In this document: positions 19,531-29,487 of the stretch, in pieces | Numbering within the stretch: position 1 is the first letter of the stretch | Layout of the letters: each line of letters starts with the position of its first letter | Source: a virus | Lineage: Duplodnaviria > Caudoviricetes | Direction: 5' to 3' (one strand) | Virus record (IMG/VR): IMGVR_UViG_3300044950_000794 | Span: 1 to 55,871 of that record | Length of the DNA stretch: 55,871 nucleotides | Notes under the pieces: generated by a model | Databases searched by the model: none | The model's input: only the letters and a program-made list of their open reading frames with translations | What the model was told of the DNA's origin: nothing | Program-made: the position numbers and the translations under genes

Positions 19531-21240
19531 TCAAGTTGGTATCTGTGGGACAAGCCGCTCACGCTTGCGGATACCCGTGGCCGTAACCTCCTTAGCCATG
19601 TTGGGGTCAATTTCGACAATAGTCACGGCGCGGAAAGCACCCACGGTAATGAACAGTGGCAGGCTCAGGGGCAAGTTCTGCCCTTTGGCCACACGTAGGG
19701 CAAGACGCAGGAGGTGCTTGATATCCCGTGGGCTTGCCGTGGGGAACGTGTCAACCAGCGCCGCAAGAAAATCGTCGTCAATAAGCGTGGCGTTGTTCTC
19801 GGCCATGACCCGCCAGATCGCCGCCCGGTCTTCCCGCGAGGGCGGTGAGTACTTGATAATGGCGGCGCACCGGGAAATGATCGCGTCGTCAATGGACCCG
19901 GCCATGTTTGTGGTCATGAACATCAAAGCTGCTGAGTATTCCAGCACCCGCAGAAAGACTGCCACCACCGCGTTCTGTGTGAGGTCAAACCCACGCTCAC
20001 GCACAAACACGTCTGCTTCGTCCAGTAGCAGCACGCAGTTCCAGCGCTTGACGTATCCGAACACCTTGTTCAACTCTGCCTCCACGCTCGACGGGGTGGT
20101 GCCAAGTTCGCCTGAGTGCAGGTTGTACAATGGGCGCTGCACAATCTCTGAGTACACCTCTGCGGTCAGTGTCTTGCCCATGCCCGGCGACCCCATACAC
20201 AGTATCACGTTGCCAGACGACTTGCCCTCAATGATATCGCCAAGGTAGGCCGCCGTGTCACTGGTCAGGACGTTCAGGATGCCCGTGTGCGTGGCGGGCA
20301 GGATCAGCTTGTCTGCAAGTCCACTGTCGTACACGTACCGGGTCAAACGCGCTGAGTTGATCACTGCGAACTTGTGGGTATCCAGCCGGAACACACGCAA
20401 GGACAGGTGCACCGGGATCGGAACTATCGCATTGTACCCGTCGCCGTCTTCGTTGAGTTTGGTTGGGCTTGTGTCATGCGAGTCCCGTAGGCGGCCCACA
20501 AGGTAGTTTGGTGTGTCAAGGATCACTTTCACGCCGGGCGTAGCCGCGTTGACACGGTCCATACGGAACTGTTCACCGAACTGACCTGCTACCTCCGCGT
20601 CGTGGCGCGCTTGCTCCTCATGGTAGGCTGCCAAGAGTTCCGGCGTCTCCACATAGTAGTCTTGGGCGTTCAACGCACCCTCGGGAGTGCGGTACACAAT
20701 GTCGCCCGCGTGGAAGACAAGCTGCGAGTTCGTCGTACCACCGTCGCCGCTGTCACGGCCCCCCGCAGGGTGTGCACATGTCAGGGTCAGACTAAAGAAA
20801 GGCTTTTCACCGTCGCTCCTGCTCCTGTCATCCGGTTCCTCTCGGCGCAAGTCCGTGATGGCGTAGGGCAGGTACTTCCCGTCCGTGGTCCGCTGATAAA
20901 TCCAGCCGGTCTCGTGCACGCTTTCGCGCAGATAGCGCAACAAGGCGAAGTAGCCCGCTGAGAAGTTCTTGATCTTCGCCTTGTAGGCCAAGCTACCTTC
21001 CAGCAGGTCTGCCAGCTTCTTTTCGTTCCGCGCCTTGGCCATGGTCAGCAAGGTGCCGATCTGTGCTGGCAGAGCGTTGTCAACACGCAGCACAACGCTG
21101 GCGAGCACGCGCACTTCATGCCCGCGCCCCCATTCGTAGGTAGGCTGCACAATGTTAGCTAGCGTGGTATCCTCCATGATAAGGGTCTTGATGCCCGTGT
21201 TCACGTCAGGTAGCCCGCTTCGTGTAAGGGTGTAAGCCAT
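19531..21240 (-). CDS. AAA+ ATPase
   Basis: Walker A GSPGMGKT, Walker B LLLDEAD, sensor FMTTN, Arg finger DDAIISR. Start MAYTL has an AGGAGA RBS. Confidence 0.92.
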   Translation of the reverse strand: MAYTLTRSGLPDVNTGIKTLIMEDTTLANIVQPTYEWGRGHEVRVLASVVLRVDNALPAQIGTLLTMAKARNEKKLADLLEGSLAYKAKIKNFSAGYFALLRYLRESVHETGWIYQRTTDGKYLPYAITDLRREEPDDRSRSDGEKPFFSLTLTCAHPAGGRDSGDGGTTNSQLVFHAGDIVYRTPEGALNAQDYYVETPELLAAYHEEQARHDAEVAGQFGEQFRMDRVNAATPGVKVILDTPNYLVGRLRDSHDTSPTKLNEDGDGYNAIVPIPVHLSLRVFRLDTHKFAVINSARLTRYVYDSGLADKLILPATHTGILNVLTSDTAAYLGDIIEGKSSGNVILCMGSPGMGKTLTAEVYSEIVQRPLYNLHSGELGTTPSSVEAELNKVFGYVKRWNCVLLLDEADVFVRERGFDLTQNAVVAVFLRVLEYSAALMFMTTNMAGSIDDAIISRCAAIIKYSPPSREDRAAIWRVMAENNATLIDDDFLAALVDTFPTASPRDIKHLLRLALRVAKGQNLPLSLPLFITVGAFRAVTIVEIDPNMAKEVTATGIRKRERLVPQIPT

Positions 21241-21296
21241 GGTGTAGTCTCCTGTCTGGCCCTGTGAGCGGGCCGCTGAGTGGGTGTGTCTGGGTG

Positions 21297-21524
21297 TCAC
21301 TGGTGGTGGGTGGCCGGGGTGCATAGCCCGTCCTCAATAAGGCTCCGCGCCATACGTCCATAGGTTCCCTGAAGCTGCCACACCACCCCGGTGTCAATGA
21401 GGTACTGCCATGCTTCAAGTTGCCGGTCTTCGTCTGCCTCCTCCTGCCCCTCGCAAATTAGGCAGGCGGTCAACAGGTCTTGAACTGGCTTCATGGGGGC
21501 TTGCTCTACGTCAATGTCGGGCAT
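21297..21524 (-). CDS. Conserved small phage protein
   Basis: AWQYLIDTG.VW.LQG.YGR.A..LI..G motif, which I recognise as a recurrent small phage protein; AGGAGA RBS. Confidence 0.7.
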   Translation of the reverse strand: MPDIDVEQAPMKPVQDLLTACLICEGQEEADEDRQLEAWQYLIDTGVVWQLQGTYGRMARSLIEDGLCTPATHHQ

Positions 21525-21533
21525 GTGGTTCTC

Positions 21534-21806
21534 CTACGTCTGGCGGTTGCGTACCCGCACCCGTACAGGGGCGGTCGATGTTTGTCCACTAACCAGCGCC
21601 AAGGCATGGCCCACGGCGGTAGTCAGTGCCTCCTCAGGTGTCGCGGCCACGCCCACGCCCCACGGCTTCTGGCGGTTGGCAAACTTGACAAGGGCTTGCC
21701 ACTGGGTGGCCACCATCGCGCGGTCATACTGCGAAACCCTGACGGTTATTTCGTCCATGCCACTAGCAATCAGTGTGGCCACGTCTGCGCTGTCAATCCC
21801 ATTCAT
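21534..21806 (-). CDS. Hypothetical protein with C-terminal VRVRVRNR tail
   Basis: ATGA overlap with the upstream gene; GGAGA RBS. Confidence 0.7.
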   Translation of the reverse strand: MNGIDSADVATLIASGMDEITVRVSQYDRAMVATQWQALVKFANRQKPWGVGVAATPEEALTTAVGHALALVSGQTSTAPVRVRVRNRQT

Positions 21807-22249
21807 GTGCGTTCTCCCTCTTTGCGCACTACATGGCCACGCAAGGGACTTTGACGCAATAGTGGAAGGAAACTTATTAGCACCGTCGCTGCCTTCCTGC
21901 CCTTGTCTAGGTCTGATGCCGCACGCACGCGTGCTGCACCCTCAGGCGATATCTCCTCGCCTAGCAGGTTTGCGTCACACCCGATGCCCGCCCCGAGCAG
22001 GTAGGCTATCGCGGACCTCAAGGCGCTGTCTGCCTCGTCTTTGCCACTACTATGGAAGAAGCGCCATGTGTCGGCTACGAGGCCACATACGTACACGTTC
22101 CCCAGTGGCGTCAACGCAGGGCATAGGTCATGCTCACCGAGAAGCATTTCACTCAACGGGCACTGTTGCGCCTCGCAGCACAAGCCGCACCCGTTGCACG
22201 GGGAGCCGTAGGCTGGCTTCAGGGGGCGGGCGTCGTCAAGGCCGGTCAT
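21803..22249 (-). CDS. Cys-rich putative Fe-S/Zn cluster protein
   Basis: KP.YG.PCNGCGLCC....C...CP.L.....Y.CGL motif; ATGA-coupled. Confidence 0.7.
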   Translation of the reverse strand: MTGLDDARPLKPAYGSPCNGCGLCCEAQQCPLSEMLLGEHDLCPALTPLGNVYVCGLVADTWRFFHSSGKDEADSALRSAIAYLLGAGIGCDANLLGEEISPEGAARVRAASDLDKGRKAATVLISFLPLLRQSPLRGHVVRKEGERT

Positions 22250-23251
22250 GTCTTTGACTTCCAGATTACGTCAGCGTTGTGCATCTGGTAGTTGGCGTTG
22301 ATGCACTTGCCCGCCCCTTCTTCGTCAGCGTGGAAAAACTCTGGCCAGTTGGGGGCGTCATCCAAATACACGCTTAGAGAACCGTTCACCCTGATCACCT
22401 GCCAGCTATTAGAAAGGGCCCGTAGGAGCGGCAGATACCCCATAGCCGTCTTGATGATCTTGTAGGTTGTCCTACCGTCCTTAGCCGTCTTTGACCTCGC
22501 GCTTGCCATCACTGCACCTCCACCAGCTTCAAGTTGTTATTCCCAGCCGGGACCGTCTTGAAGAACCGGCCATGAAACTTCACCAGTTCACCGGTCAGGA
22601 CGCGGTAAGCCACAGGGCGCTCACGCTTGTCGCTGGACAGGGTCACCCCCACGGGCACGAGATAGTGTAGATCGTCACGGTTGGCCCGCGCCTGATCAAC
22701 GGCCTTGATGGGGCACTCGTTGTATCTCAGTGCATAGCCAACGGCGCTTGAGGCCCGATACTGCCGGTACAGCACTCCGTGGTTCATGCTCTGGAATGGC
22801 ACGGCAATCAGGTCACCTTCCGTGAGGAAGTGGGCCACCGGCTGATCCGTTTCGCCGTCAAGGACTTGGCGGGATTTGGTCACCAAGAGGCCGGGCATAT
22901 CGCAGTAGACCTCGTGGGTGTGGTGCGACCTAGGCTCATGATAGGTACGGGCAAAGTTGATGGGTTTGTCAATGGTGATGGCGGTGCTGATCATGGTGGT
23001 ATCTCCGTGGCTAGGGGTTATCAGGGCTGGACGTAAACAACGCCCTCGGCGTCGTCACCGAAGCGGGCGGCAACCTCTGCCTTCACCCACTTCTTGGCTT
23101 CAGCGTAGGTGCTGACAGGTGCCCAAAATAGCGCCTTGTCGTTGGCCGGGTCTGGATTGCGCTCAGTGCTAAAGACCCACCCGCCGTAGCCTTTGGGCGA
23201 CTTGCCGTGGCTGCGTTCATAAACGGCGGTATCAATTTCAATGCTGGCCAT
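22246..23251 (-). CDS. Three hypothetical genes (22246-22512, 22509-22994, 23021-23251)
   Basis: Overlapping or closely spaced start and stop codons downstream of the promoter at 23300-23325. Confidence 0.6.
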
Positions 23252-23331
23252 ATCCGTGTTCCTTGTGCTTGCGCACCCGGTGCGCTTTCGTATCCCTAAT
23301 GTAAACCAAAAGGGTTACAAGTCAATAGGGG

Positions 23332-24447
23332 TCAACCGCGAATATTGTAGATTTTCTTTTCAACGGTCCCAAGTGCAGGATCGCCCCGCTTGTGCTCGTG
23401 CTTGAACCACCGGACCTGTCCGCACTTGGCACAGGCCTCACGGTTGGGGCTGACCAAATCCTTCTCGAAGTCATGTGGGGTATCGTCAGGACAGTACAGG
23501 CGGTTCGCACCAGCCTCGCTTGACCCATGGCGGTATGACCAGTGACCAATGACGTCGTGGGCCTTCTTGCGTATAGCTTCACGGGCGAAGGTTCTGAATA
23601 CCTTCTCGGTGTCGGTCTTGCCCGCACGCGCGCTGAGCGGGCTTTGCAGCGTTACCTCTGTCACGGTGCGGCTGGTGTGCCCGCTTGCCCGTGGCAATGC
23701 CTCCTCTGCCCGCTCCTGCACCAGAAAGGGCTTGCGCGTTGACGCCATGGCTACGGCCAAGGCCGCCGCGACCCACCGTGGCGACCCATTCGCTTGATAT
23801 ACTAGCAGAGCCTCTGCGTTCTCCGACGTCGGCTTGAGTATGTTCACAACGTCCAATCTGCCAGCCAGCTTGCTAAACAGCTTGTCGGTGTCCCGATACG
23901 TCCCGGTGTAGTTGACACCCGCCCCGATGCCATAGGCTGGCAGGTTCTTGTAGATTGCCATCTGCTCTCGCGCCGCAATCAGCTTTTCGGTCGTCTCGTT
24001 GGGGTCGTCAAGAAGGTAGGCAAGGTAGGGGGAAAGCTGCGTCTTGCCCGTTGCATACTGAACATAGTTGAAGGCCACCCGGTCATCAGCCGGGGCACGC
24101 TGTATCAGTGCGAACCCGGTACGCACCGGGCGATTGGCCGGGTCGGCGTCCACATTGCGCGGCTTGTCCAGTTCGTTTGAACCCCGCATCAACGCGGCCA
24201 TGTCCAGTTCAATCCACACGTCCGTTGTCGGCATACGCAGGCCTTCATAAATCGGCCACAAGCGTGAAGGCGGTAGCATGGATACGCGGCCTACCTCCTC
24301 AGACGCCGCGTCGTCAAAAGAGAACACGCGCGCCCGCATACGGTGCTGAAGCAAGGTTAGATAGGCTAGCTTGCTCGGCTTCTCAAGGTAGCCCCCGTCG
24401 CTGGTCAGTCTGCGGCAGAAGCGGGCGAACAGGGGTGCTGGCATCAT
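23332..24447 (-). CDS. Conserved hypothetical phage protein
   Basis: Start MMPAPL overlaps the upstream stop; C-terminal H.V.GHW...W...HKRGD..LG motif with Cys/His residues. Confidence 0.7.
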   Translation of the reverse strand: MMPAPLFARFCRRLTSDGGYLEKPSKLAYLTLLQHRMRARVFSFDDAASEEVGRVSMLPPSRLWPIYEGLRMPTTDVWIELDMAALMRGSNELDKPRNVDADPANRPVRTGFALIQRAPADDRVAFNYVQYATGKTQLSPYLAYLLDDPNETTEKLIAAREQMAIYKNLPAYGIGAGVNYTGTYRDTDKLFSKLAGRLDVVNILKPTSENAEALLVYQANGSPRWVAAALAVAMASTRKPFLVQERAEEALPRASGHTSRTVTEVTLQSPLSARAGKTDTEKVFRTFAREAIRKKAHDVIGHWSYRHGSSEAGANRLYCPDDTPHDFEKDLVSPNREACAKCGQVRWFKHEHKRGDPALGTVEKKIYNIRG

Positions 24448-25458
24448 GCCACCTTTTTGGTGAACGTCATGGCGGCGTGGGGGCGATAAGCCCGGCGAGG
24501 TGTACCGGCCCCAAAGGCCCACGTGCACGCAGCGTCAAACGCGTTGGCCACGCGTTCCGCGTCCTTGTAGGCCTTGGCGCTTCCACACACCGGGGCGATA
24601 GTTGGGGTATAGTTATGCTGTATGGCGCTGCACATCATATCCGATAGATCGGAGAACCCTGTATTGGTTCTGATCCACTTCTGCACCTGCCCAACGGTAC
24701 GGGCACTGACCTCGCATGTGGCACTCCACACGGCGGCCTCAGCGGCTTTAACTGTTTCGGCGGTAAAGATGGTTGTCATGGCTGTTCTCCTTTGCGGCAC
24801 CTGACTTGTAAACCTAATGGGTTACATTGTCAAGCGCGGTCAGGTAGCGGTATTGCGATTTCTTCCTGACCGACTTCCGCGAGGTAGGCGGTGGAGGGCA
24901 CCTCGCACCAGACTTGTGCATCGGGGCTTGAACCCATCTGGGGGCCGTAGTCGGACACGGGCACCTTCCGGGCGATACGCCACAGGGCGGGGTTGCCCTT
25001 GAATTTCACGGCATACTGCTGATCGGCCCGCGCCTTCTCAGCCGCACCCGGTGCGGCTGCTTCCAGCTTGGCGATGTAGTTCTCAAGAGAAGCCCGCGCG
25101 CCTACGAACCGGTCCTCAATCTCCTCATGATCCTCCGGGGGGTATGATCCAGAGAAGGCGTGCTCGTCTGCGGCCTTGACAAGTGCAGTCACAAGGCGCT
25201 TCGCTCGTGGGGTGCAGGGTTTGATTTCAGTCATGCTTGCAGTCCCCGAAGTGCCTTGAGGGTGGGCTTGCCCGTGCCGCCGATACGTGCCCATGCGGCG
25301 TCAACGGCGGGGCCTTGCGAGTGCCATGCGTTGTTCTCGCCCGCGATGGTCCCACGCACCTTCGCCATGTATTTGTCAAGTTTGGCGGTGTCCTTTGCCC
25401 AGTCGTAGAGCTGCTCAAGCACCTCGCGGTAGGTCTTCAAGAAGTTGTCTCTGCTCAT
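24444..25458 (-). CDS. Three hypothetical genes (24444-24779, 24830-25234, 25231-25458)
   Basis: RBSs and ATGA overlaps; one promoter-operator lies between the first two. Confidence 0.6.
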
Positions 25459-25913
25459 TGCACGCTCTCCGGGTTCACCACCACGCCGCGACCATCGCGG
25501 ACCATGGGGCAGTTCTCTAAAATCTTGCGCAGTGCCACTGCGTTGAGGTGGTCATAGCCCGCGCGGGCGCACACCTTGGCCTTCCAACCGATGACGCTCT
25601 CCGCACTGGCATACACCACAACGTCGCCAACGCTCATTGATTTGGCCTGTAGGCTGATCTTCGTGGCCGTGCCTCTGCCCGGCATGTAGTTGGCCAGCGG
25701 GAAGACCTGATTGAGTTCGTCGGCCTCAACGGTCCACATATGCTTCATGATGCCATGGTGCGCTGCCGCGTAGTAGTCGTGGGCGGTAACGTCGAAGCCC
25801 CCGGTGATCTTGGCATACAGCCGGAACTCAGGCTTCGCTTCCCAGCCGCTCGCGTTCAACTCGTGGACCTGCACGTCGGTCAGGTGGGGCTGGTAAATGT
25901 GGTATGTGGTCAT
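25455..25913 (-). CDS. Hypothetical protein, YodL-like
   Basis: Y.IYQ N-terminus and SMSVGDVV motif; AAAGGAGA RBS; first gene after the promoter at 25942. Confidence 0.6.
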   Translation of the reverse strand: MTTYHIYQPHLTDVQVHELNASGWEAKPEFRLYAKITGGFDVTAHDYYAAAHHGIMKHMWTVEADELNQVFPLANYMPGRGTATKISLQAKSMSVGDVVVYASAESVIGWKAKVCARAGYDHLNAVALRKILENCPMVRDGRGVVVNPESVQ

Positions 25914-25978
25914 AACGTGGTCTCCTTTGCTGCATCCTGAATGTAAACCTTACGGGTTACACGGTCAAGGGGCCATCG

Positions 25979-26013
25979 CAAAAAAGTTCACCCCGCACGG
26001 GGCGGGGTGTTTT
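25979..26013 (-). terminator. Intrinsic terminator
   Basis: CACCCCGC/GCGGGGTG stem followed by AACTTTTTT on the minus strand; the plus strand also has a short T run. Confidence 0.7.
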
Positions 26014-26037
26014 GGTGACGCAGAGCGGGCGTATGGA

Positions 26038-26334
26038 TCAGTTGTGGTAGACCGTGATCGGCACGGCGCGGGTGCTGTAGACCCAGACTACGGGGGTAGC
26101 CACACCGGGGAAAGCCGTGGCCACGTTGAGGCTCAGGTGCCCACGGTCCTTTGACCACTCAAGCCCGATGATGCTAGCGGCTGCAAGTACATCAGTCGGG
26201 GACGCGCCCGACGTAGCGTGCAGGAACAGCACCCCGTCTTTCTTGGGCTGCATGGTCAAGGCAGTGGCCCCGGCCTGCGTCAGGGCTACCCATGCCCCGT
26301 TGATAGTGGTGATTGTGGTTGCTCGTGCGGCCAT
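26038..26334 (-). CDS. Small beta-rich protein in a stand-alone transcription unit
   Basis: GGAGGA RBS, upstream TTGACA promoter candidate, downstream terminator. Confidence 0.7.
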   Translation of the reverse strand: MAARATTITTINGAWVALTQAGATALTMQPKKDGVLFLHATSGASPTDVLAAASIIGLEWSKDRGHLSLNVATAFPGVATPVVWVYSTRAVPITVYHN

Positions 26335-26363
26335 GGTGTAAGTCCTCCATAATGGTCAGGCGA

Positions 26364-26394
26364 GACTATGTCGCATTGCGCCGGTATATGTCAA
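26364..26394 (-). promoter_or_regulatory. Sigma70-type promoter candidate without the operator
   Basis: TTGACA-N18-CATAGT on the minus strand upstream of 26334. Confidence 0.45.
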
Positions 26395-26441
26395 CCTCTC
26401 GGGCTGTAGCATAAGACCTGCACCGGGTGCGGCTCACACGC

Positions 26442-26506
26442 CTAGCACGACGACCCATGAAGCGCCTTGAGGGAGGAGGTTTCAAAACATCATAGGTCGC
26501 CGCTAG
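26442..26506 (-). ncRNA. Candidate sRNA hairpin with CCUCCUCCC loop (cuckoo/CcsR-like)
   Basis: Intergenic; 5-, 12- and 8-bp stems that pair fully only on the minus strand (G-U pairs); loop AACCUCCUCCC; TTGACA about 45 nt upstream. Confidence 0.6.
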
Positions 26507-26575
26507 CTGGCCAGCGTTCTGAATGGGTAACAGGGCCTATACGGCCCTGTCAAGCGCCATGACGGCGTGGTGCGC

Positions 26576-27021
26576 TTACTTCGTAGGTGCCGACCCGGAA
26601 GGGCCGCCCCGCGCTGTCTTGACTACGTGAACCACGGCCTTCAACTCAGTGATGGTCAGACGATCAACATCGAACCACCGTGCCTCCTTCCAGTCCGCGT
26701 CGTCTTTCAAGATGGGCTGCACGCAGGCTTGTGAGCACCCTGTCAAGTAATCAGCCAGCCCCGTGACCACACCGGTAAACCCAGTGACGTTGTCGGTGAC
26801 CTTGTCGCCAAGTTCGATCCCGTTTCGCGTTTCGGTCATAGTTCAGCGTCCTTCCGCAGTTCGGTCACGGCCACGGAGCACCCGTCGTGCACGTGGCACT
26901 CAAACACCTCTCCCGGCTTGACGGTGTGCACCGGTCGCATTTCAGCCCCGGTTGCGGGGTGCGTAAAGTCAACACGCAGCGGCCATCCCGCATGTGCGTC
27001 AACGGTAACTTTACTGGTCAT
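26576..27021 (-). CDS. Two small hypothetical genes (26576-26839, 26836-27021)
   Basis: The first has the recurrent phage motif LGDKV.D.VTGF.GVVTG...YL.GC...WFD..RL; the second has an AAGGAGA RBS at 27021. Confidence 0.7.
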
Positions 27022-27126
27022 TAGTCTTTCTCCTTGTGGCTGGTTGGGTACCCGTACTCTCCGGGCTGTCGCGCCTAACGCTGACGTTTGCGTGGGGTAT
27101 ATCTCCACGTGACTATGCCGTTGCAG

Positions 27127-27564
27127 TCACCCCACCTTCCGCCCCGCATCCTGTGTCAGGGCTGGCCACGGCTTAGCCGCGACGTGCCCCGGTATCTCGT
27201 TGTCTGGCATGGTATCAGGCAGGCCGTGCAGCAAGCGCAGTCGTTGCGCCTCGTATGAGAACGCCTGACGCAGCGCGTGGAGCGTGGTCTTATCCACACG
27301 GGCGTCTGCTATGGCGTGTTGAAGGGCAAGGGCTGAGCGCAGCGCTTTCACGCTGTCTGCGGCAAGCGATACGTGCGCTGTTTTCTTGAGGTCGCGTAGC
27401 CTGTCTGATATAGCCTTGAGGTCTTCCCGCTCACCGGCCTCAATACGCCTGATTACCTCGCGGCGGTTTGACGGTGGGCCGCTGAAGCCCAGTGCCGAGG
27501 CCATGTCCGCTTGGGACAGTCCTAACAGCTTCCGCAGTTGTGCTACCTCGTACCCTACGCTCAT
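27127..27564 (-). CDS. XRE-family helix-turn-helix protein
   Basis: LRKLLGLSQADMA.ALG......IRRIE.G.R pattern. Confidence 0.8.
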   Translation of the reverse strand: MSVGYEVAQLRKLLGLSQADMASALGFSGPPSNRREVIRRIEAGEREDLKAISDRLRDLKKTAHVSLAADSVKALRSALALQHAIADARVDKTTLHALRQAFSYEAQRLRLLHGLPDTMPDNEIPGHVAAKPWPALTQDAGRKVG

Positions 27565-27660
27565 AACCTGTTTCCTTTGTTCCGGTCAAAGACGCTACCA
27601 TGCTGGGGCGTTGCTAGCAAGCGGCGCACCGGGTGCGGTAACCCACCAGACACGTGGCAC

Positions 27661-28460
27661 TCACTCCACCCGCTGCCTTCGACGTATCTTTGTGACTGCG
27701 TGGAACATCACGTTGCCGAACGACCGGAAACACCCGTCGGCGTACAGCGTGCGTTGCTGGTCTCCCGGCCCTACCCGACCAATGACGGCGGGACTGTCTG
27801 ACCCTTCTGGGATATGCTCCATCCCCCATACTGCCATCTGCATCCCGCCTCGGTACTGGTCATAGATATTGGTCAGGCTCTTGACGGTAAAGGTGTGCCC
27901 ATTGCTCAACAGGTAAACGTCACCTGTCTTGGCGTCGATCATTGACAGCGCGTCTTCTGGTGCTTCGCGGCTCATTGTACGGCCTCTGCCGCGTCAATCA
28001 CCGCGTAGGCCTTGGCCTTGGCCTTCGCCGCCACGGCCTCTTGAAGCTGCCCGTGGTATTTGGCCAGTACGCAGAACCCCTTCTCGTTGGTTCTACGCAG
28101 TGCCTTCCATATGCCGGGTGTGAGTTGTAGCCCCGCCTCAAGACGTTTGGCCACACTACTAAGGAACTCACCGTCAGTGCCCGTGAAGCCACGTCCGTTG
28201 TGCTCCTTGGTCATGTTGGCCCGCCGCTCGTCCTGCGTCTGCCGTGCGTAAAGAAAGACGATGGCCTTCGTAATGGCGTAGTCGCTCACCGGCCCCCTGC
28301 TAAGGAACAGGGTGTTGAACCGTTCTTTGTCCCATGGCTGTTCCCACGGCGCGACCGTGGGGGGTGCTGGCATAACGGGTTCGTTATCTTCAATCACCTG
28401 CCCGTCCTCTTGGGCTTCGCGGCGCATGTTGCTCAGTTCGTCACGGCTGTACATGGTCAT
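27661..28460 (-). CDS. Two coupled hypothetical genes (27661-27975, 27972-28460)
   Basis: ATGA overlap; the second carries AI..LY.RQT.DE......E.NG.GF...D..FLSS.A; downstream of the promoter at 28489. Confidence 0.65.
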
Positions 28461-28521
28461 GGCGTTATCTCCTTTGCTACCCCCGGAATGTAAACCTATC
28501 GGGTTACAGCGTCAAGTGTGA

Positions 28522-29487
28522 TCAGTGCTGAATAAACGCGATATTTCGTTCTGTGTTCCAGCACAGGCCACACGTCGCGCATGATGCCTGATCGCCTGTT
28601 TGGACAGGGCATGGTATGGCGTCGTATTGTGCAGCCTGTGCCCACTCTGTGACCGTTACGGCCCCGCGCGACTTCATCACACCCAGCTTGGATGCCCCGG
28701 CCTTGAAACTCTTCCTGACGCTTATGGTTTCCCATGGCGCATTATGCAGTATCCGGCCTATGCTGCTGAACGGGTGGTGGTGTGTGTACCCAAAGACCGG
28801 GACACCCAGTTCCTCAATCCACATACGTGCGTAGTCCACGCTGTAGAAGTCTCCGAGCACATGCAGGCGCACAAGCAGGGGCAGTCTGCTTTTCTGGACC
28901 TCAGCACGTATGCTATTCTCAAGAGATTGCCCAGCCTCCCAGCGCCGGGCTAGGTGCATGTTGCCCCCGTAGCATAGCTTCGCCATATCGCAGGGCGGGC
29001 ACGTCCGACCCTCCTCAAGCGTCAGGGAGTACAGGCGTCTTCCTGCGTGCCTGCCCTTTGTCACCTCGTACCCTAGCTTCACGTTGTCATGCCCCGGCTT
29101 GAGCACATTGTCTGCCACTGTAGGGGTGGCCAAGGCGCGCTTGAACCGGGTGCCCCCGTCCGGGTGAAGACCCGCGTAGAGGGAGGCCTTTGGCAGGCTG
29201 TCCCGGCTGGTGACGGGGGCCTGTAGCGAGAGGAGGTGTTCGCCTTCAGGTGTGATGATAGCGTCACGCCATCCGCCTCCGCGCCGGTCAAGCGCGCCCT
29301 TGCGTACCAGCGCGGCCAAAACGAAAGACCACCGACCCCGTGAACCACCGCACTTGTCGTATAGTTCCCTGAATGTGAGGCCGCGCCCGGCCTCTTTGAT
29401 AGCCTGAAGGGCCGTGTACTCTATTGGCCTCAGGGTGCTCTTGCTCACGGCTTCGCTGCCTTTCTTGCCCAGTACCACTCTCGCCAA
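28522..29487 (-). CDS. gp88-like (radical-SAM-related) protein with N-terminal winged helix
   Basis: N.KLG, YSLTL..G.TCP.C....LCY, VRLHVLGDF, GYT, CP.Q......C..C.LCW and IAF..H motifs. Confidence 0.7.
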   Translation of the reverse strand: MARVVLGKKGSEAVSKSTLRPIEYTALQAIKEAGRGLTFRELYDKCGGSRGRWSFVLAALVRKGALDRRGGGWRDAIITPEGEHLLSLQAPVTSRDSLPKASLYAGLHPDGGTRFKRALATPTVADNVLKPGHDNVKLGYEVTKGRHAGRRLYSLTLEEGRTCPPCDMAKLCYGGNMHLARRWEAGQSLENSIRAEVQKSRLPLLVRLHVLGDFYSVDYARMWIEELGVPVFGYTHHHPFSSIGRILHNAPWETISVRKSFKAGASKLGVMKSRGAVTVTEWAQAAQYDAIPCPVQTGDQASCATCGLCWNTERNIAFIQH

